DNA of 64,000 nt from the IMG/VR virus record IMGVR_UViG_3300037427_003924. One strand, 5' to 3'. Of this stretch, positions 1 through 10,022 are shown in pieces. The translations under genes and the position numbers were made by a program. The DNA is from an uncultured virus (IMG/VR IMGVR_UViG_3300037427_003924). Lineage: Duplodnaviria > Heunggongvirae > Uroviricota > Caudoviricetes. The notes beneath the pieces are model-generated. The model saw only the letters and a list, made by a program, of their open reading frames with translations. It was not told where the DNA came from and did not search any database. The number at the start of each line of letters is the position of its first letter. The stretch's first letter is position 1.

Positions 1-340
1 GTTGTTCTGCAAATTTCGGATAAATGCAAATGCTGCCTAAGAAAATTAATTTTTTAACCCCATGTTTGTAAGCGTTATGAATTATGTTATTTTGAATCTG
101 GAGGTTTTGATAAATGAAATCAGCGGGATAAGCATTATTGGCGTGAATGCCCCCTACTTTTGCTGCTGCATCAATAACTATATCTGGTTTATGGGCTTCA
201 AAAAATAAGTCAGTCATTTTCTGATCCATTAAGTCTAAACTGTTTCTGTCAGCAAAAAGAAGAGATACGTCTTCATTATCGAGCCTTCGCTTGACGGCCG
301 ATCCGACTAGTCCGTTATGTCCGGCTATGAATATTTTCAT
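1..340 (-). CDS. fcl: GDP-L-fucose synthase (partial, runs off left edge; not in ORF track)
   Basis: Manual translation from ATG at 340: [16 protein letters not shown]...[32 protein letters not shown]...KLIFLGSSICIYPK, diagnostic Fcl/WcaG motifs. Confidence 0.93.
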   Translation of the reverse strand, partial: MKIFIAGHNGLVGSAVKRRLDNEDVSLLFADRNSLDLMDQKMTDLFFEAHKPDIVIDAAAKVGGIHANNAYPADFIYQNLQIQNNIIHNAYKHGVKKLIFLGSICIYPKFAEQ

Positions 341-413
341 TTATTTAATAAAGTTTTCTTAACTGTTTGTTCATCTTGGAAAGGGGGGGTTGTATTGAGC
401 CGCTATCCAGTAT

Positions 414-456
414 CTGATTCATTTCTTAATATTTTGCAAAACTCCTCTTTATTTCT
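414..456. repeat. 43-bp direct repeat, copy 1
   Basis: ctgattcatttcttaatattttgcaaaactcctctttatttct matches 4288-4330 at 42/43 positions. Confidence 0.95.
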
Positions 457-510
457 AATCTTTTTGGAAGATATTTAATGAGCCCACCAAAACATCAGCA
501 ATTTCTTGAT

Positions 511-1587
511 TCATACAGCGGTACTGCTAACTAAATCTTCTAGTTTTTTTAGATCTACTTTCCACGGAGAATTCATCCCCCCTGCGATAGACAGAGAGTT
601 TTTATCTATTATAACATCTTTTTGACGGCCCGCGAATTCGGTGTCGTCAAAATGATATAATTCAGTATGAGTCATAGCATGCTCCAGCCTTTTATTAACC
701 TCAAAAAATTCAGGGCTATTAATGGAGATGACCTTAGTATCTGGGCCGCAGAAAAGAACGTTAGACATTCCCCCTCCACTAGCCCCAGCTACTACTTTAG
801 CATGACGGAAAGCCCCTACTTTCTCTTTCATAGTTAAGTTTTCGCAGAATATTTCTTTAAATCCATATTTTTTAAAAATATCAACGACTTGATCTTCATT
901 TACGCATTTTCTCTTTTGGGTATAATCTGTTCCGATGTTTGAGCTATGTGGTTGAGTCCACGTCCGGCGAGAAACATAAATTTTTTCCTCTACTCCTTCA
1001 GAGCCTTTTATTTGCCCGAGAACTTCATAAAGCCCTTTATGGGGAGGACCTAGAGAAAGTCGGTTATGAGTGAGGGAAGATCCTATGAGTATCTTCTTGT
1101 AACAAGTATAAGGGCCTAAAAAGATAAGATCGCTTTTGTGGATTCCTAATAGCTCTAAAGACTCATAAACAAACGGGTATAAATCCTTTTCTCCTTCAGG
1201 GGGGCTAACGAGAAGTTTTAGGGAAGGGTCCTTTTGTTTTTCTAGAAAATAAACGTACAGGTAAGGAAGTGTGTCATATATCCAGTGAAAATAATTGGCG
1301 CAATTATAAACAAAGTAAAAGACATTATTCTCTTCTAGCGTCTTTATTTGGGGCTGCTTAGGTTCAAACTCCATTGTTTCTTCATAAACGGTGCCCCTGC
1401 CTAAAGACATAAATCTTTCAATGGTCGGAAGTATTAACTCCTCCTCTTTTCTTAATAAGGGTTGGGGGTAATGGGTATTATACCCATCAATCGTGCATCC
1501 CAAAAAAGATCCAAGTTTTATATTTCTATCAGGACAAATAGTTTCAATGTCCCCAAGTTTTGATTCATCCCAGTATTGGATTTTCAT
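511..1587 (-). CDS. Glycosyltransferase family 61 (DUF563-like)
   Basis: NYFHWIYDTLP, YVSRR, R-x-x-VNE and GASGGGMSN motifs typical of GT61. Confidence 0.8.
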   Translation of the reverse strand: MKIQYWDESKLGDIETICPDRNIKLGSFLGCTIDGYNTHYPQPLLRKEEELILPTIERFMSLGRGTVYEETMEFEPKQPQIKTLEENNVFYFVYNCANYFHWIYDTLPYLYVYFLEKQKDPSLKLLVSPPEGEKDLYPFVYESLELLGIHKSDLIFLGPYTCYKKILIGSSLTHNRLSLGPPHKGLYEVLGQIKGSEGVEEKIYVSRRTWTQPHSSNIGTDYTQKRKCVNEDQVVDIFKKYGFKEIFCENLTMKEKVGAFRHAKVVAGASGGGMSNVLFCGPDTKVISINSPEFFEVNKRLEHAMTHTELYHFDDTEFAGRQKDVIIDKNSLSIAGGMNSPWKVDLKKLEDLVSSTAV

Positions 1588-2308
1588 TTTTGTTTTTGTT
1601 CCATTCTTCAGGCGTCCCCCAACAATAATAATTATCTACTTCAAACATATTAACTTTTAATTCCGTGATAGTGTTAAATATATTATCAATATAATACTCT
1701 CCATTGCTACGAATCTTTTTTTTGTAAATTACTTTTGCAGCATTAATAAAATCTGACGCTCGGGAAAAATAAAAAGTTCCAACAATAGCGTGGTTATTAT
1801 AAGGATCATCAAAAACACTCTTTTTAACATGAGTCTTTAATAAAGTGTCGCCATCTACTTCCAGCCAACTATAGGAGGATGGATTAGATGCAAAGGATTC
1901 ATTACGTATGGTTGACCAAACTATAATATCTGCATCCCGTTTTACTTTCTCAAATTTAGGCCTAGACCATTCTAGCCCATAATCACAACAGCTAATTATA
2001 ATAGGGTCGTCATTCTTTATAGATGACTTTTCTATACCTATTTGAGCGGAGCAAGCTTGCCCTTCAGTGGTTTCATCTACGGTTACAAACTCGCAGTTTG
2101 GGTAGTGAATCCTTAATAGCTCATCTATTTGATATTTTTTTAAATGTTCGCTCCTGCAAACAAACACATATTTTTCAAAAGTCGGCAAACAGTTTACTGC
2201 TTTAATTATCATTGGGTCACCCCCGACTTCTAGCAAAGGTTTGGGAACCTCTTCCCCTGCTTGGCTAAACCTTTTTCCGTCACCGGCCAGTGTTATAAGT
2301 CCCGTCAT
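1565..2308 (-). CDS. Sugar-phosphate nucleotidyltransferase (NTP_transferase family)
   Basis: LAGDGKRF...PKPLL N-terminal signature, GEYYID, WGTPEE. Confidence 0.85.
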   Translation of the reverse strand: MTGLITLAGDGKRFSQAGEEVPKPLLEVGGDPMIIKAVNCLPTFEKYVFVCRSEHLKKYQIDELLRIHYPNCEFVTVDETTEGQACSAQIGIEKSSIKNDDPIIISCCDYGLEWSRPKFEKVKRDADIIVWSTIRNESFASNPSSYSWLEVDGDTLLKTHVKKSVFDDPYNNHAIVGTFYFSRASDFINAAKVIYKKKIRSNGEYYIDNIFNTITELKVNMFEVDNYYCWGTPEEWNKNKNENPILG

Positions 2309-2799
2309 CCTTTCATATCAGCCACATAATCTGAGCATACGCCCCAAATTTGTTTTTTGGGAAAATGATTAGATACGTCTTCTCGGGTCAATAAAGGGAT
2401 AATACTTTTACAATTAATTTCCTCTAGGCAATGAGCCCAAATAATTCCATCTATCACAATACCATGTGAATTGCGGCAGTTATGAACGAGGGAATACTTA
2501 TCGTTTTCATGAAAAAAAACTGCCAACTCTTTATCGCGGTTAAGATGGTGAAAAGTAAGAGCACTAAAAGCGTTGAAGTTCTTAGCATGAACTACTAGTT
2601 TACTCCTTCTTTCCTCTAGCCATTCATAGGGAATCTCTGCACTGGGAGCGTCGTGGCCGAGAAAAAATTTTTTATCATTTCTCCAAATATCCACTTCCAC
2701 AGAAAAACCAGCAGATAGAGCCTCGTCTATATACGCAGGGGTATTCTCCAGCTCTGGATTTTTTCCGTTTAAATTTCCACGATGCGAGTAAAGAATCAT
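2305..2799 (-). CDS. GDPD/PI-PLC-like phosphodiesterase, short form
   Basis: SHRGN...ENT, VEVDIW, LGHD, H-x-KN and GVCSD motifs. Confidence 0.7.
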   Translation of the reverse strand: MILYSHRGNLNGKNPELENTPAYIDEALSAGFSVEVDIWRNDKKFFLGHDAPSAEIPYEWLEERRSKLVVHAKNFNAFSALTFHHLNRDKELAVFFHENDKYSLVHNCRNSHGIVIDGIIWAHCLEEINCKSIIPLLTREDVSNHFPKKQIWGVCSDYVADMKG

Positions 2800-2803
2800 A
2801 ATT

Positions 2804-3622
2804 TTATAAGCGGTGGTAATCCGTCCAATAATTATAGCACTTTAAAAGGTCTTTTTCGGATTTTATTTGCCCTTTGGTCAAGATACTGGCCCAAGCCTCG
2901 AAGTTTTCAACTTCTTCAGGGGTACCCATCACTGTCGCGAAAGGCGTATCATAATAACCAACTTTCAACCCGTCTTGGATAAGTAAATTATAAACGAGAG
3001 TAACATAATATTCCCCATTGTAATTTATATTTTTTTCCATTGTTAGATCAAAATATTTCTTAATATAAGAGCCTTTCTTAAAGTAATAAGTCCCAGTAGA
3101 AGCGTGTTCGTTCATTGGGTTATCTGTATAGCATTCTTTTTCTTTTATTTCCGTCACTATCCCATCCTGATCTTTCATGAATGCCATTTTAGTATTGTTT
3201 AAGGTATGGGGGTGGAATCCGGTATGAGAAAGTACACATCCATCTAAATTATTATGGCGAACATGAGCCTCAAACTCTTCTCGGTTCCATATGTAGGGGT
3301 TGTCACAGTAAGATACGATTACCTCTTCATCGTCTTCTATCAGGTCGTAAACTTTCTGCACTGTGTAAACAGGGCCAAGTTTATGCATAGGCATTGAAAC
3401 AATTGTAGATCGAGGAGCTAATCGCTTTAAAACATTTTCTATATTTGTTTCTTCTAGATGCTTTTGATTGCAAATAAATACAAGTTCATCCTGTTCATTA
3501 AACATATCGAGGATATATTCAATAATCATCTTACCATTAACTTCTATTAATGGTTTTGGATCGGTGTATCCGGCAGTCATGAATCGGGAACCAATCCCTG
3601 CCATAGGTATGATAATTTTCAT
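2804..3622 (-). CDS. Sugar-phosphate nucleotidyltransferase
   Basis: IIIPMAGIGSRF...PKPLI, NGEYYV, MGTPEE; paralogue of 1565-2308. Confidence 0.87.
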   Translation of the reverse strand: MKIIIPMAGIGSRFMTAGYTDPKPLIEVNGKMIIEYILDMFNEQDELVFICNQKHLEETNIENVLKRLAPRSTIVSMPMHKLGPVYTVQKVYDLIEDDEEVIVSYCDNPYIWNREEFEAHVRHNNLDGCVLSHTGFHPHTLNNTKMAFMKDQDGIVTEIKEKECYTDNPMNEHASTGTYYFKKGSYIKKYFDLTMEKNINYNGEYYVTLVYNLLIQDGLKVGYYDTPFATVMGTPEEVENFEAWASILTKGQIKSEKDLLKCYNYWTDYHRL

Positions 3623-3624
3623 CT

Positions 3625-4296
3625 TTATTCAATACTTATCCACTCGTCTTTGTATTCAAAGGTTCTGTCTCTCTTAGACCATTGAGGGGTTCCTAGAACA
3701 ATATCTGCTCCAGATTGGTAAAGCTGTTTTTTGAAGTTAAAGGGGGCTAATGATATTTTTTTACGAGATAAAGTATTGTCTATAACCTGATGAGGGTTTA
3801 TTACGTTAAAGTTTACCCCTTCAGTAGAAAACATTTTCATTGCTACTTGAGGAGAGCATAAGGCAATGTTATCAAAAGTCCCCCACTCAAGCGACGGGGC
3901 GTAGTAAGTGTCTTGTTTTATTTCTTCTGGTATTTCAATTTCGAGCAGCTCGCAATCGATTCTATGTCTTAATACAACCTTATAATCTAAAAAATTATCT
4001 ACGTGAGAGATAAGCAGTTCAATACTCTTAAACATTCGATAATTATTCCCGCTCTGACCCCCTTGCGCTGCAGTTATGGGATCGATTAGATAAAAACTAA
4101 CATCTAGGGATGATCGGTTGAGCTGTTTTTCTAGCTCTTCTGCTTCAGGACTGCGATATGTTAGAATGTATACATCACAATTAACCGCGCCAACAGTTTC
4201 GATAGTGTTTTTAATATTCTTAAAAACTCTGTCGGTGTCGGGTCGCACAACTCCAGTTATCAGAACGCAGATGTTTTTCATTTTAGCCTGATTCAT
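3625..4296 (-). CDS. Hypothetical protein, possible glycosyltransferase; start may be ATG at 4281
   Basis: ICVLITG-x-x-R N-terminus and R-x-R-x-D motif seen in polysaccharide-locus proteins; gene context. Confidence 0.45.
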   Translation of the reverse strand: MNQAKMKNICVLITGVVRPDTDRVFKNIKNTIETVGAVNCDVYILTYRSPEAEELEKQLNRSSLDVSFYLIDPITAAQGGQSGNNYRMFKSIELLISHVDNFLDYKVVLRHRIDCELLEIEIPEEIKQDTYYAPSLEWGTFDNIALCSPQVAMKMFSTEGVNFNVINPHQVIDNTLSRKKISLAPFNFKKQLYQSGADIVLGTPQWSKRDRTFEYKDEWISIE

Positions 4297-4675
4297 TTCT
4301 TAATATTTTGTAAAACTCCTCTTTATTTCTGATGTATTCGTCTTCATTGAAGTTTTCGGAGCAAAAACATAATAAAATAGTATCTTCCTCTTCATAAGTC
4401 TGTTCCGACCAAACTAATTTATCTAGAAAAAAACATTCGTTAGGCAGTAAGGTCTCTTTATTAAAAACTCCTTCCACGGCCTCATTGTTTAAAGTTATTT
4501 TTCCCTTAAGACATATAAGAACTTGACTTTCTTCGCGGTGGGCGTGGTATCCCCGGGTTTCTCCTTTGCCTACGCCGCTTACCACAAAAAACCTTTTAGG
4601 GCTAAAGGGAAAGTTTTGAAATTCTTGAACAACGAGTTGTCCTTTTGGTGATTTATTAACTTTGAGGGGTTTCAT
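4283..4675 (-). CDS. fdtA: FdtA/QdtA-family cupin, dTDP-4-keto-6-deoxyglucose 3,4-ketoisomerase
   Basis: G-x-L, F-x-x-KR-x-F, RGYHAH, QVLICLKG and EYIR motifs; start reassigned to ATG 4675 (ATGA overlap with upstream stop). Confidence 0.82.
   Translation of the reverse strand: MKPLKVNKSPKGQLVVQEFQNFPFSPKRFFVVSGVGKGETRGYHAHREESQVLICLKGKITLNNEAVEGVFNKETLLPNECFFLDKLVWSEQTYEEEDTILLCFCSENFNEDEYIRNKEEFYKILRNESG
4288..4330. repeat. 43-bp direct repeat, copy 2 (3' end of fdtA-like gene)
   Basis: ctgattcatttcttaatattttgtaaaactcctctttatttct; one mismatch versus 414-456. Confidence 0.95.
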
Positions 4676-5568
4676 TTTTTTAAAGATGCTGGAGGGGGAG
4701 TTCCGTAAGATTTTTTTTGCTCTTCTATTAATTTGTTTAAGTGTTTTTTTGCGGGACCTTGTAGGTGTAACCCGTTGAAAAGGATGAAGTCGCCCAGAAC
4801 TTGATGGTAGCAATAAGGTTTGCCGTCATAAAATTTTACATCTTTGTGCTCGCCAGTGTGGTTGTAGACACCATCGTCTACATTAAAGTTGTGATCGTAA
4901 GCCGTTCCTCCGATTACGTGCATCATTTCCCCAATACGACATGGTCCTCCGCCATCATCCGCATTATAGTGAAAGGCTTCGAGCAGTGTCATGTCACACA
5001 CCCCTCCATTAAGGCCAAAATTTAAACGGGTGAGGTAAACGTTTTTCATTTTAGCGAATTCGTAAGAATTTTTGTTTTGATAATGATTAAATACGAAATC
5101 ACAAAACTTTTTCAAAGATTTTTGGGTTATAAAAGAAGAGGCCCCACACGAACGATGGACTAACGTCATTTCAAATTGGCTGTATTTGCGTTTGTACTCT
5201 TCCGTCACGTCTGTATAAATCATAACGTCCGTATCCGAATGAAAAACAATAGGGAGGTCATTCTTTTCCATAAAATCCAAAAGTATAAACCATCGAAGAA
5301 AACAGATTAGTTCTATCTGAGCGTCGTTTGTGCTTAAGTTTTCATAATTCTTTTGAAAGGCGTTTACTGTTTCGGGCCAATAGTCTTTCAGGTGAGCATA
5401 AGAAAAGTTTTTATCTTCGATTTGAAGCTCTTCGTTAGAAATGAGACGTACCTCGTTTCCCGTTCGGAGGGCCTGCTCGCTGGTCGCCTTGAATATACCG
5501 TCACGAAAAGGTTCCACATGATTAGAGGGGCGATTGAAATGTATAAAAACAACAGGGATATTTTTCAT
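4672..5568 (-). CDS. Putative GT-A glycosyltransferase
   Basis: RWF motif, HSDTDV DxD motif, CDMT, LHLQG-x-x-K. Confidence 0.55.
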   Translation of the reverse strand: MKNIPVVFIHFNRPSNHVEPFRDGIFKATSEQALRTGNEVRLISNEELQIEDKNFSYAHLKDYWPETVNAFQKNYENLSTNDAQIELICFLRWFILLDFMEKNDLPIVFHSDTDVMIYTDVTEEYKRKYSQFEMTLVHRSCGASSFITQKSLKKFCDFVFNHYQNKNSYEFAKMKNVYLTRLNFGLNGGVCDMTLLEAFHYNADDGGGPCRIGEMMHVIGGTAYDHNFNVDDGVYNHTGEHKDVKFYDGKPYCYHQVLGDFILFNGLHLQGPAKKHLNKLIEEQKKSYGTPPPASLKK

Positions 5569-6311
5569 TTAAGTTTCATGTAACAAATCCAAGTATAACT
5601 GCCGATTTCAGAATCGGTTTCAAATAAGGGATAATCACCGGTTTCACTACAGATAGAAGGAGGGGTCTCGTAGTCAGCCCAAGGATTTCCCCATCGAGTT
5701 TTTTCTTTACTAAAAATAGGGGGGAATTCTACGTATTCCTCTACCGTCCTTTCAAAGAGCATTTCTTCTTCTGGCTGAACGGTGTGAAAACTTTTTTGAC
5801 CATTTGCGTCTAAAACATAAGGTCCTCCAGCTCTTATTTTCTTGGGGGAGAGGCAGTCCCCTTGGTTAGACGGGTAGTTGTCCTCACATACGATATGTTT
5901 GAAGGGGGAGTTTTTCAGGAAGACGAGTCTCTCTGCGAAGTTTTGGTGGTCGTCCAGAAAAACTAGAGCATCTTCCGGTCTAATCTTAGGGTTATCATTA
6001 AATACGGTATCCCAATTTATGTTCTTAATATCGTTTTGAACGTAATTCACCTCTGGGTCTTTATAGACTAAATTGCCAAAGTCTACATCAAAGGAAAGAA
6101 TATTAACTTGAGGCAACGCTTGTTTCATTAGCCATGTACCCTGTCCTTTCCATACGCCGCTCTCTACTATTAATAAGGGTTTAAGTTTTCTTAAAAGGTT
6201 AAAAGTGGCAAAAAGGTGGGGCGACTTCATTCCTCCTTCATTGTCGTCTATAGGACGTCTCTCGTAAAGATCGTGAAACTCTTTTAGATATTTAGTATAA
6301 TCTATCTCCAT
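5565..6311 (-). CDS. Putative SAM-dependent methyltransferase-like protein
   Basis: IVESGVWKGQGT glycine-rich motif I, ILSFD, VFLDDH. Confidence 0.55.
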   Translation of the reverse strand: MEIDYTKYLKEFHDLYERRPIDDNEGGMKSPHLFATFNLLRKLKPLLIVESGVWKGQGTWLMKQALPQVNILSFDVDFGNLVYKDPEVNYVQNDIKNINWDTVFNDNPKIRPEDALVFLDDHQNFAERLVFLKNSPFKHIVCEDNYPSNQGDCLSPKKIRAGGPYVLDANGQKSFHTVQPEEEMLFERTVEEYVEFPPIFSKEKTRWGNPWADYETPPSICSETGDYPLFETDSEIGSYTWICYMKLK

Positions 6312-6313
6312 GA

Positions 6314-7453
6314 TTAAGATCTAAAGCTATTTATTGCATTTATTATATGCTCTACTTGAGCGTTTGACAAAAAAGGATGCATAGGCAAGCTTAAAAGCTT
6401 GTCAGCAAACTCATCGGTATTGGTGGGTGGCCCCGAAAAATACTCGGCACGATCTTTCAGGCCTTCAAAAGGGGCGCTTTTGTAGGGGGGAATGGGGTAA
6501 TGAATCAGGGTTGGAACTTTACGTTCGTTTAAGTGATTTTGTATAGCTTCCCTTTCGTCAACTAGAAGGGGGTATATGTGGTAAGAATTACGCGTAACAT
6601 GGGGAGCGTTTTTTGGAGTAACTACGTAGGATGAGTTGATTCCTTCGGCGTATTTGTTGGCAATCTCCTTTCTTTTCAAATTCCATCTATCAAGGTGAGG
6701 AAGTTTATGTTTTAAAAAAACGGCCTGAATGGGATCTAAACGATTATTCCATCCTATATCATTATTGTGGTATTTTTTAGGTGACCCATAATTTCTTAAC
6801 TCACAAATCTTTTTGTAATAATCCGGGTTATCTGTTGTTATGATTCCCGCGTCTCCCATCGCCCCTAGGTTCTTACCGGGATACAGGGAATAAACGCATA
6901 AATCAGCGTAAGACCCGACCATTTCGTCATCACTTAATGCTCCATGCGCTTGGGAAGCGTCTTCTACGATTTTACAATTATATTTATCAGCTAAACATTT
7001 GAGTTTTTGTATGTGAACGGGGTGCCCGTAAAGATGAACCGCCAGTATAATACAATTATTATACTTTTTCCGCCACCGCTTCAAATGCTTTTCTACCTTA
7101 TCTAAGTCGAGCTGAAAGAAATTATCACAATCGATTAAAGATATATCAAAGTTACCCTGCGTTTGGTGAGCCACTCCTAATACATCTGCAATGTAGCCGT
7201 TAGCTGGCATAATAACGTCAGTAGAATCCTTGTAAAATTCAAACGATTGGATTGCTAATTTAAGACCATCTGTACCGTTGGATACACCGGCCGCATATTT
7301 ACGCCCAGTATAGCAAGCGAACGCCTCCTCGAACTCCTCAAGAGCCTCCCCTCCTATATACATTCCAGAGTCTAATAATTTTTCAAGCGAAGGAGCGCAG
7401 TTGTCCTTGATTTCTTTCCACTGACTGGCTAAATCATTAAATAGTATCTTCAT
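6314..7453 (-). CDS. DegT/DnrJ/EryC1/StrS PLP aminotransferase (FdtB-like)
   Basis: NGTDGL, VHLYG, EDASQAHGA, SLYPGKNLGAMGDAG (PLP lysine), N-x-RLD, LSLPMHP. Confidence 0.93.
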   Translation of the reverse strand: MKILFNDLASQWKEIKDNCAPSLEKLLDSGMYIGGEALEEFEEAFACYTGRKYAAGVSNGTDGLKLAIQSFEFYKDSTDVIMPANGYIADVLGVAHQTQGNFDISLIDCDNFFQLDLDKVEKHLKRWRKKYNNCIILAVHLYGHPVHIQKLKCLADKYNCKIVEDASQAHGALSDDEMVGSYADLCVYSLYPGKNLGAMGDAGIITTDNPDYYKKICELRNYGSPKKYHNNDIGWNNRLDPIQAVFLKHKLPHLDRWNLKRKEIANKYAEGINSSYVVTPKNAPHVTRNSYHIYPLLVDEREAIQNHLNERKVPTLIHYPIPPYKSAPFEGLKDRAEYFSGPPTNTDEFADKLLSLPMHPFLSNAQVEHIINAINSFRS

Positions 7454-7457
7454 TATA

Positions 7458-8276
7458 TTACCAATAGCATCCGTTTTCTACGAGAGATTGATTTTCTGGA
7501 GTTTCTTCTTTTGACGGGCGAATCCAGCTGTCATTAATAAACTTAGATATATCCTCGTGATCATCCCATCTGGCGCCCTTTATTCCGAATAAAATTTGCG
7601 TGCCTCCTCCCATGTGAATCCCCGAAATCCCCTTTGTTTTTAATTTATGAATAAGGGGCAGTGCAAAAGCCCCCGCTCCCACAATCACAATATCGGGATC
7701 AAAATCGACACATTTATTATATAGGTCGTCTAACGCCTCAAACCAATCACTATACTCACTCTTTCTCATGCTGTGAAAAGGAGATTTCACCACGGAAAGG
7801 TTGAAGGCGGGAAGAGTATTTTTACTTCCCCACACCTTATCTCTTCGCTCGTACTGAGACAAGACGCTTTTATCAAATGGAGTCACAACAGTAACAGACT
7901 TGCCTTCTAGGGCCGTACTCCATCCTTCTTCAAAGTAGTAAGGTTCTAAAGACCTCATGGGACAAGTAGAAAAATTTGAATTGCCCAGCGAAACAAATTC
8001 TTCATCTCTGTCTATCCAGCTTGCGAGAATATCCAAGCTTGAAGTAGATTCAATGTAGAGATCCAAAAAAGAATTCAATACATCGGTTTGGTCGGGGAAA
8101 ACTCCAGCATTCACGGTAAGTAGCTGTCGAATATGAGGGGGGAAAGGGACTTTCGCTAATTTAACCTGTACTCCGAGAAATTCTGACATTCCCAATTTCC
8201 CTGCCGAAAAAACTTCACCGGAAAGAATTTTATTTTTTACAACAAGGTTTCCTTTTAGTTGTCCTGCGTCACTCAT
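7458..8276 (-). CDS. Conserved hypothetical protein of polysaccharide loci (possible GT-D-like)
   Basis: LEPYY...W-x-x-ALEGK-x-V, GAGAF, IHMGG-x-x-QILFGI-x-G-x-RW, C-terminal VENGCYW. Confidence 0.5.
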   Translation of the reverse strand: MSDAGQLKGNLVVKNKILSGEVFSAGKLGMSEFLGVQVKLAKVPFPPHIRQLLTVNAGVFPDQTDVLNSFLDLYIESTSSLDILASWIDRDEEFVSLGNSNFSTCPMRSLEPYYFEEGWSTALEGKSVTVVTPFDKSVLSQYERRDKVWGSKNTLPAFNLSVVKSPFHSMRKSEYSDWFEALDDLYNKCVDFDPDIVIVGAGAFALPLIHKLKTKGISGIHMGGGTQILFGIKGARWDDHEDISKFINDSWIRPSKEETPENQSLVENGCYW

Positions 8277-9156
8277 TATTTATTTGCTGCCGCTCTTTGT
8301 TGATTCTTTCTCTTAGAGGCTTGAGGTCCTCCTCTATAGCTTCTGGATGCTTCCCTTCGAAGGGTTTTGTAAAGCATTCCCCTCTTACTTCAGGCTTAAA
8401 TTCGTGAACCCCGTGGTATACCTGTTCTATTATACTCCTTTCTTCCGGTAAATGAGCGTTTATCCAAGGTAAATAAATTTTTTCAAAATAATTGTCAATA
8501 CAGTTTTCTTTACTGACTTTAGCTTTATAGTATTGTATTTTATTGTAAACCTGAAGAGGAAAAGTATAAGAGTAATGGTACATTTGCACCCCTGTCAAAG
8601 CTAAGAAAAATTCGCTATCTATATGCTTTTCTTCTATAGGGGTCGAGTGACCCATTGTCGGTGGGCGGTGGGTCAACCATTTACTGCCCGGGGTTACTTT
8701 AAAAATCCTCAAAAAGTTATCCTTATTAAGTTCAAACCCAGTTAAATAATCATCAAACCCTCCAAAAAAAGAACAGCTTCTTACTCCAACACTTGTAGGC
8801 TGTACCTCTTTAAGAAAGTTAATAGTGGATTCAATGTCATCGGTTTTGTAAATCTCGTCACTGTCAACCATCCATAAAAAGTCAGTGTCAGGGGCCAAGT
8901 TCTGCATATAAGCGTTGCACTGCTCATCTTTCCCTGAGTATTGACCATGGGTCACTATAATCTTATTATCGGGATCGGGAAAGTTCTTAAGAATAGAGTT
9001 AGTTTTATCCGTGGAGGTTGTTCTTCCTTGATCTTGCCAATATTTTACCGGTCCTTCGGCAATTAAAATTTGAGAGGCAAAAGGATAGATTTGTTTTAAA
9101 CATTGTTGAAGGACGAAATCGCCCTCAAAAACAATCATAGCAAAGGCAATCTTCAT
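8269..9156 (-). CDS. Glycosyltransferase family 2-like
   Basis: STD-x-T, WMVDSDE DxD motif, HYSY. Confidence 0.7.
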   Translation of the reverse strand: MKIAFAMIVFEGDFVLQQCLKQIYPFASQILIAEGPVKYWQDQGRTTSTDKTNSILKNFPDPDNKIIVTHGQYSGKDEQCNAYMQNLAPDTDFLWMVDSDEIYKTDDIESTINFLKEVQPTSVGVRSCSFFGGFDDYLTGFELNKDNFLRIFKVTPGSKWLTHRPPTMGHSTPIEEKHIDSEFFLALTGVQMYHYSYTFPLQVYNKIQYYKAKVSKENCIDNYFEKIYLPWINAHLPEERSIIEQVYHGVHEFKPEVRGECFTKPFEGKHPEAIEEDLKPLRERINKERQQINNE

Positions 9157-10022
9157 TTTTTATAATAAGGTTTAATTTTGGAGAGGTAGTCCATATAAAA
9201 ATGCCTAACGACAGGCATTTTAAATATTTCAAAATTAAAAGTATGATCGGCGTACCATCCTGATGTAGGGCTTATATCACCTGTTTTTTCATCGATTGAC
9301 AAACGGGAGAAATGGTTAAAAACTAAAGGCTGTTCTTTATCGCCCCATATAATAGTACCTTTAGAGGGGTAAGTGTCATAACAATAAAGCCTAAAGTTCC
9401 AAGGGGCTCCGTGGGCAAAAGTTTTGTCTAGAATAGCTACCGAGTCGCCATATATTTTAGGAAATTCTTCAAGATATTTTTGGTCACCAATAGTGGCTAA
9501 GTCGGGCCTCTTTTCTAATAACATTGTCTCATTCCACCATCTAGCGCATGACTTACCGTCTTCATCATTGTTAAAATAAACTATGCCTACGTTAAACTCT
9601 CCATCAGGAGAAAGAGAAGTATTGTGACGGTGACGTATTATTCCTATACTAGAATCTTTTATTTCATCATATACTATTTGGATGTCTTGATAAAAAAGAA
9701 TATCCGAATCAATATAAAGAATATGCGATGTTTCTTCTTTTTCTAAAAGATGACGACAGAAAGTTGAAGCGAGGGACCAGCAGTACTCGTTATACGGTTT
9801 CTTTTTTTTATAGTTGACAGAGAGTGGGTTAAAATCTTCTACTTCAGAAAGTTTTATCCTTTGAACTGAAGCTTCATTTTCTAACGCATTAAAAGATTCG
9901 TCATCAAGGCATAAGAAAAATAGGGTGAATTCAGAAGAGGTGGTAGATCTTAGGGAGTCTAAAAGAGCTCTGCCGAAAGGTAAATATTTCTTATCAACTA
10001 TAGTGCAAAAAAATTTATTCAT
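9153..10022 (-). CDS. GT-A glycosyltransferase (GT8-like)
   Basis: FCT-x-x-D-x-x-YL, EYCW, YIDSDI, FNVG, GDQKYL, APWN, HFS. Confidence 0.75.
   Translation of the reverse strand: MNKFFCTIVDKKYLPFGRALLDSLRSTTSSEFTLFFLCLDDESFNALENEASVQRIKLSEVEDFNPLSVNYKKKKPYNEYCWSLASTFCRHLLEKEETSHILYIDSDILFYQDIQIVYDEIKDSSIGIIRHRHNTSLSPDGEFNVGIVYFNNDEDGKSCARWWNETMLLEKRPDLATIGDQKYLEEFPKIYGDSVAILDKTFAHGAPWNFRLYCYDTYPSKGTIIWGDKEQPLVFNHFSRLSIDEKTGDISPTSGWYADHTFNFEIFKMPVVRHFYMDYLSKIKPYYKK

Noticed and set aside
340..514. Mini-ORFs MNQEIADVLVGSLNIFQKD and MNQILDSGSIQPPLSKMNKQLRKLY (minus)
   Set aside because: Very short and overlapping the repeat scar; more likely recombination remnants than genes
4676..4813. N-terminal extension of the FdtA-like ORF in the track
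   Set aside because: Overlaps the upstream gene by about 140 nt; ATG 4675 gives a normal ATGA coupling and normal family length
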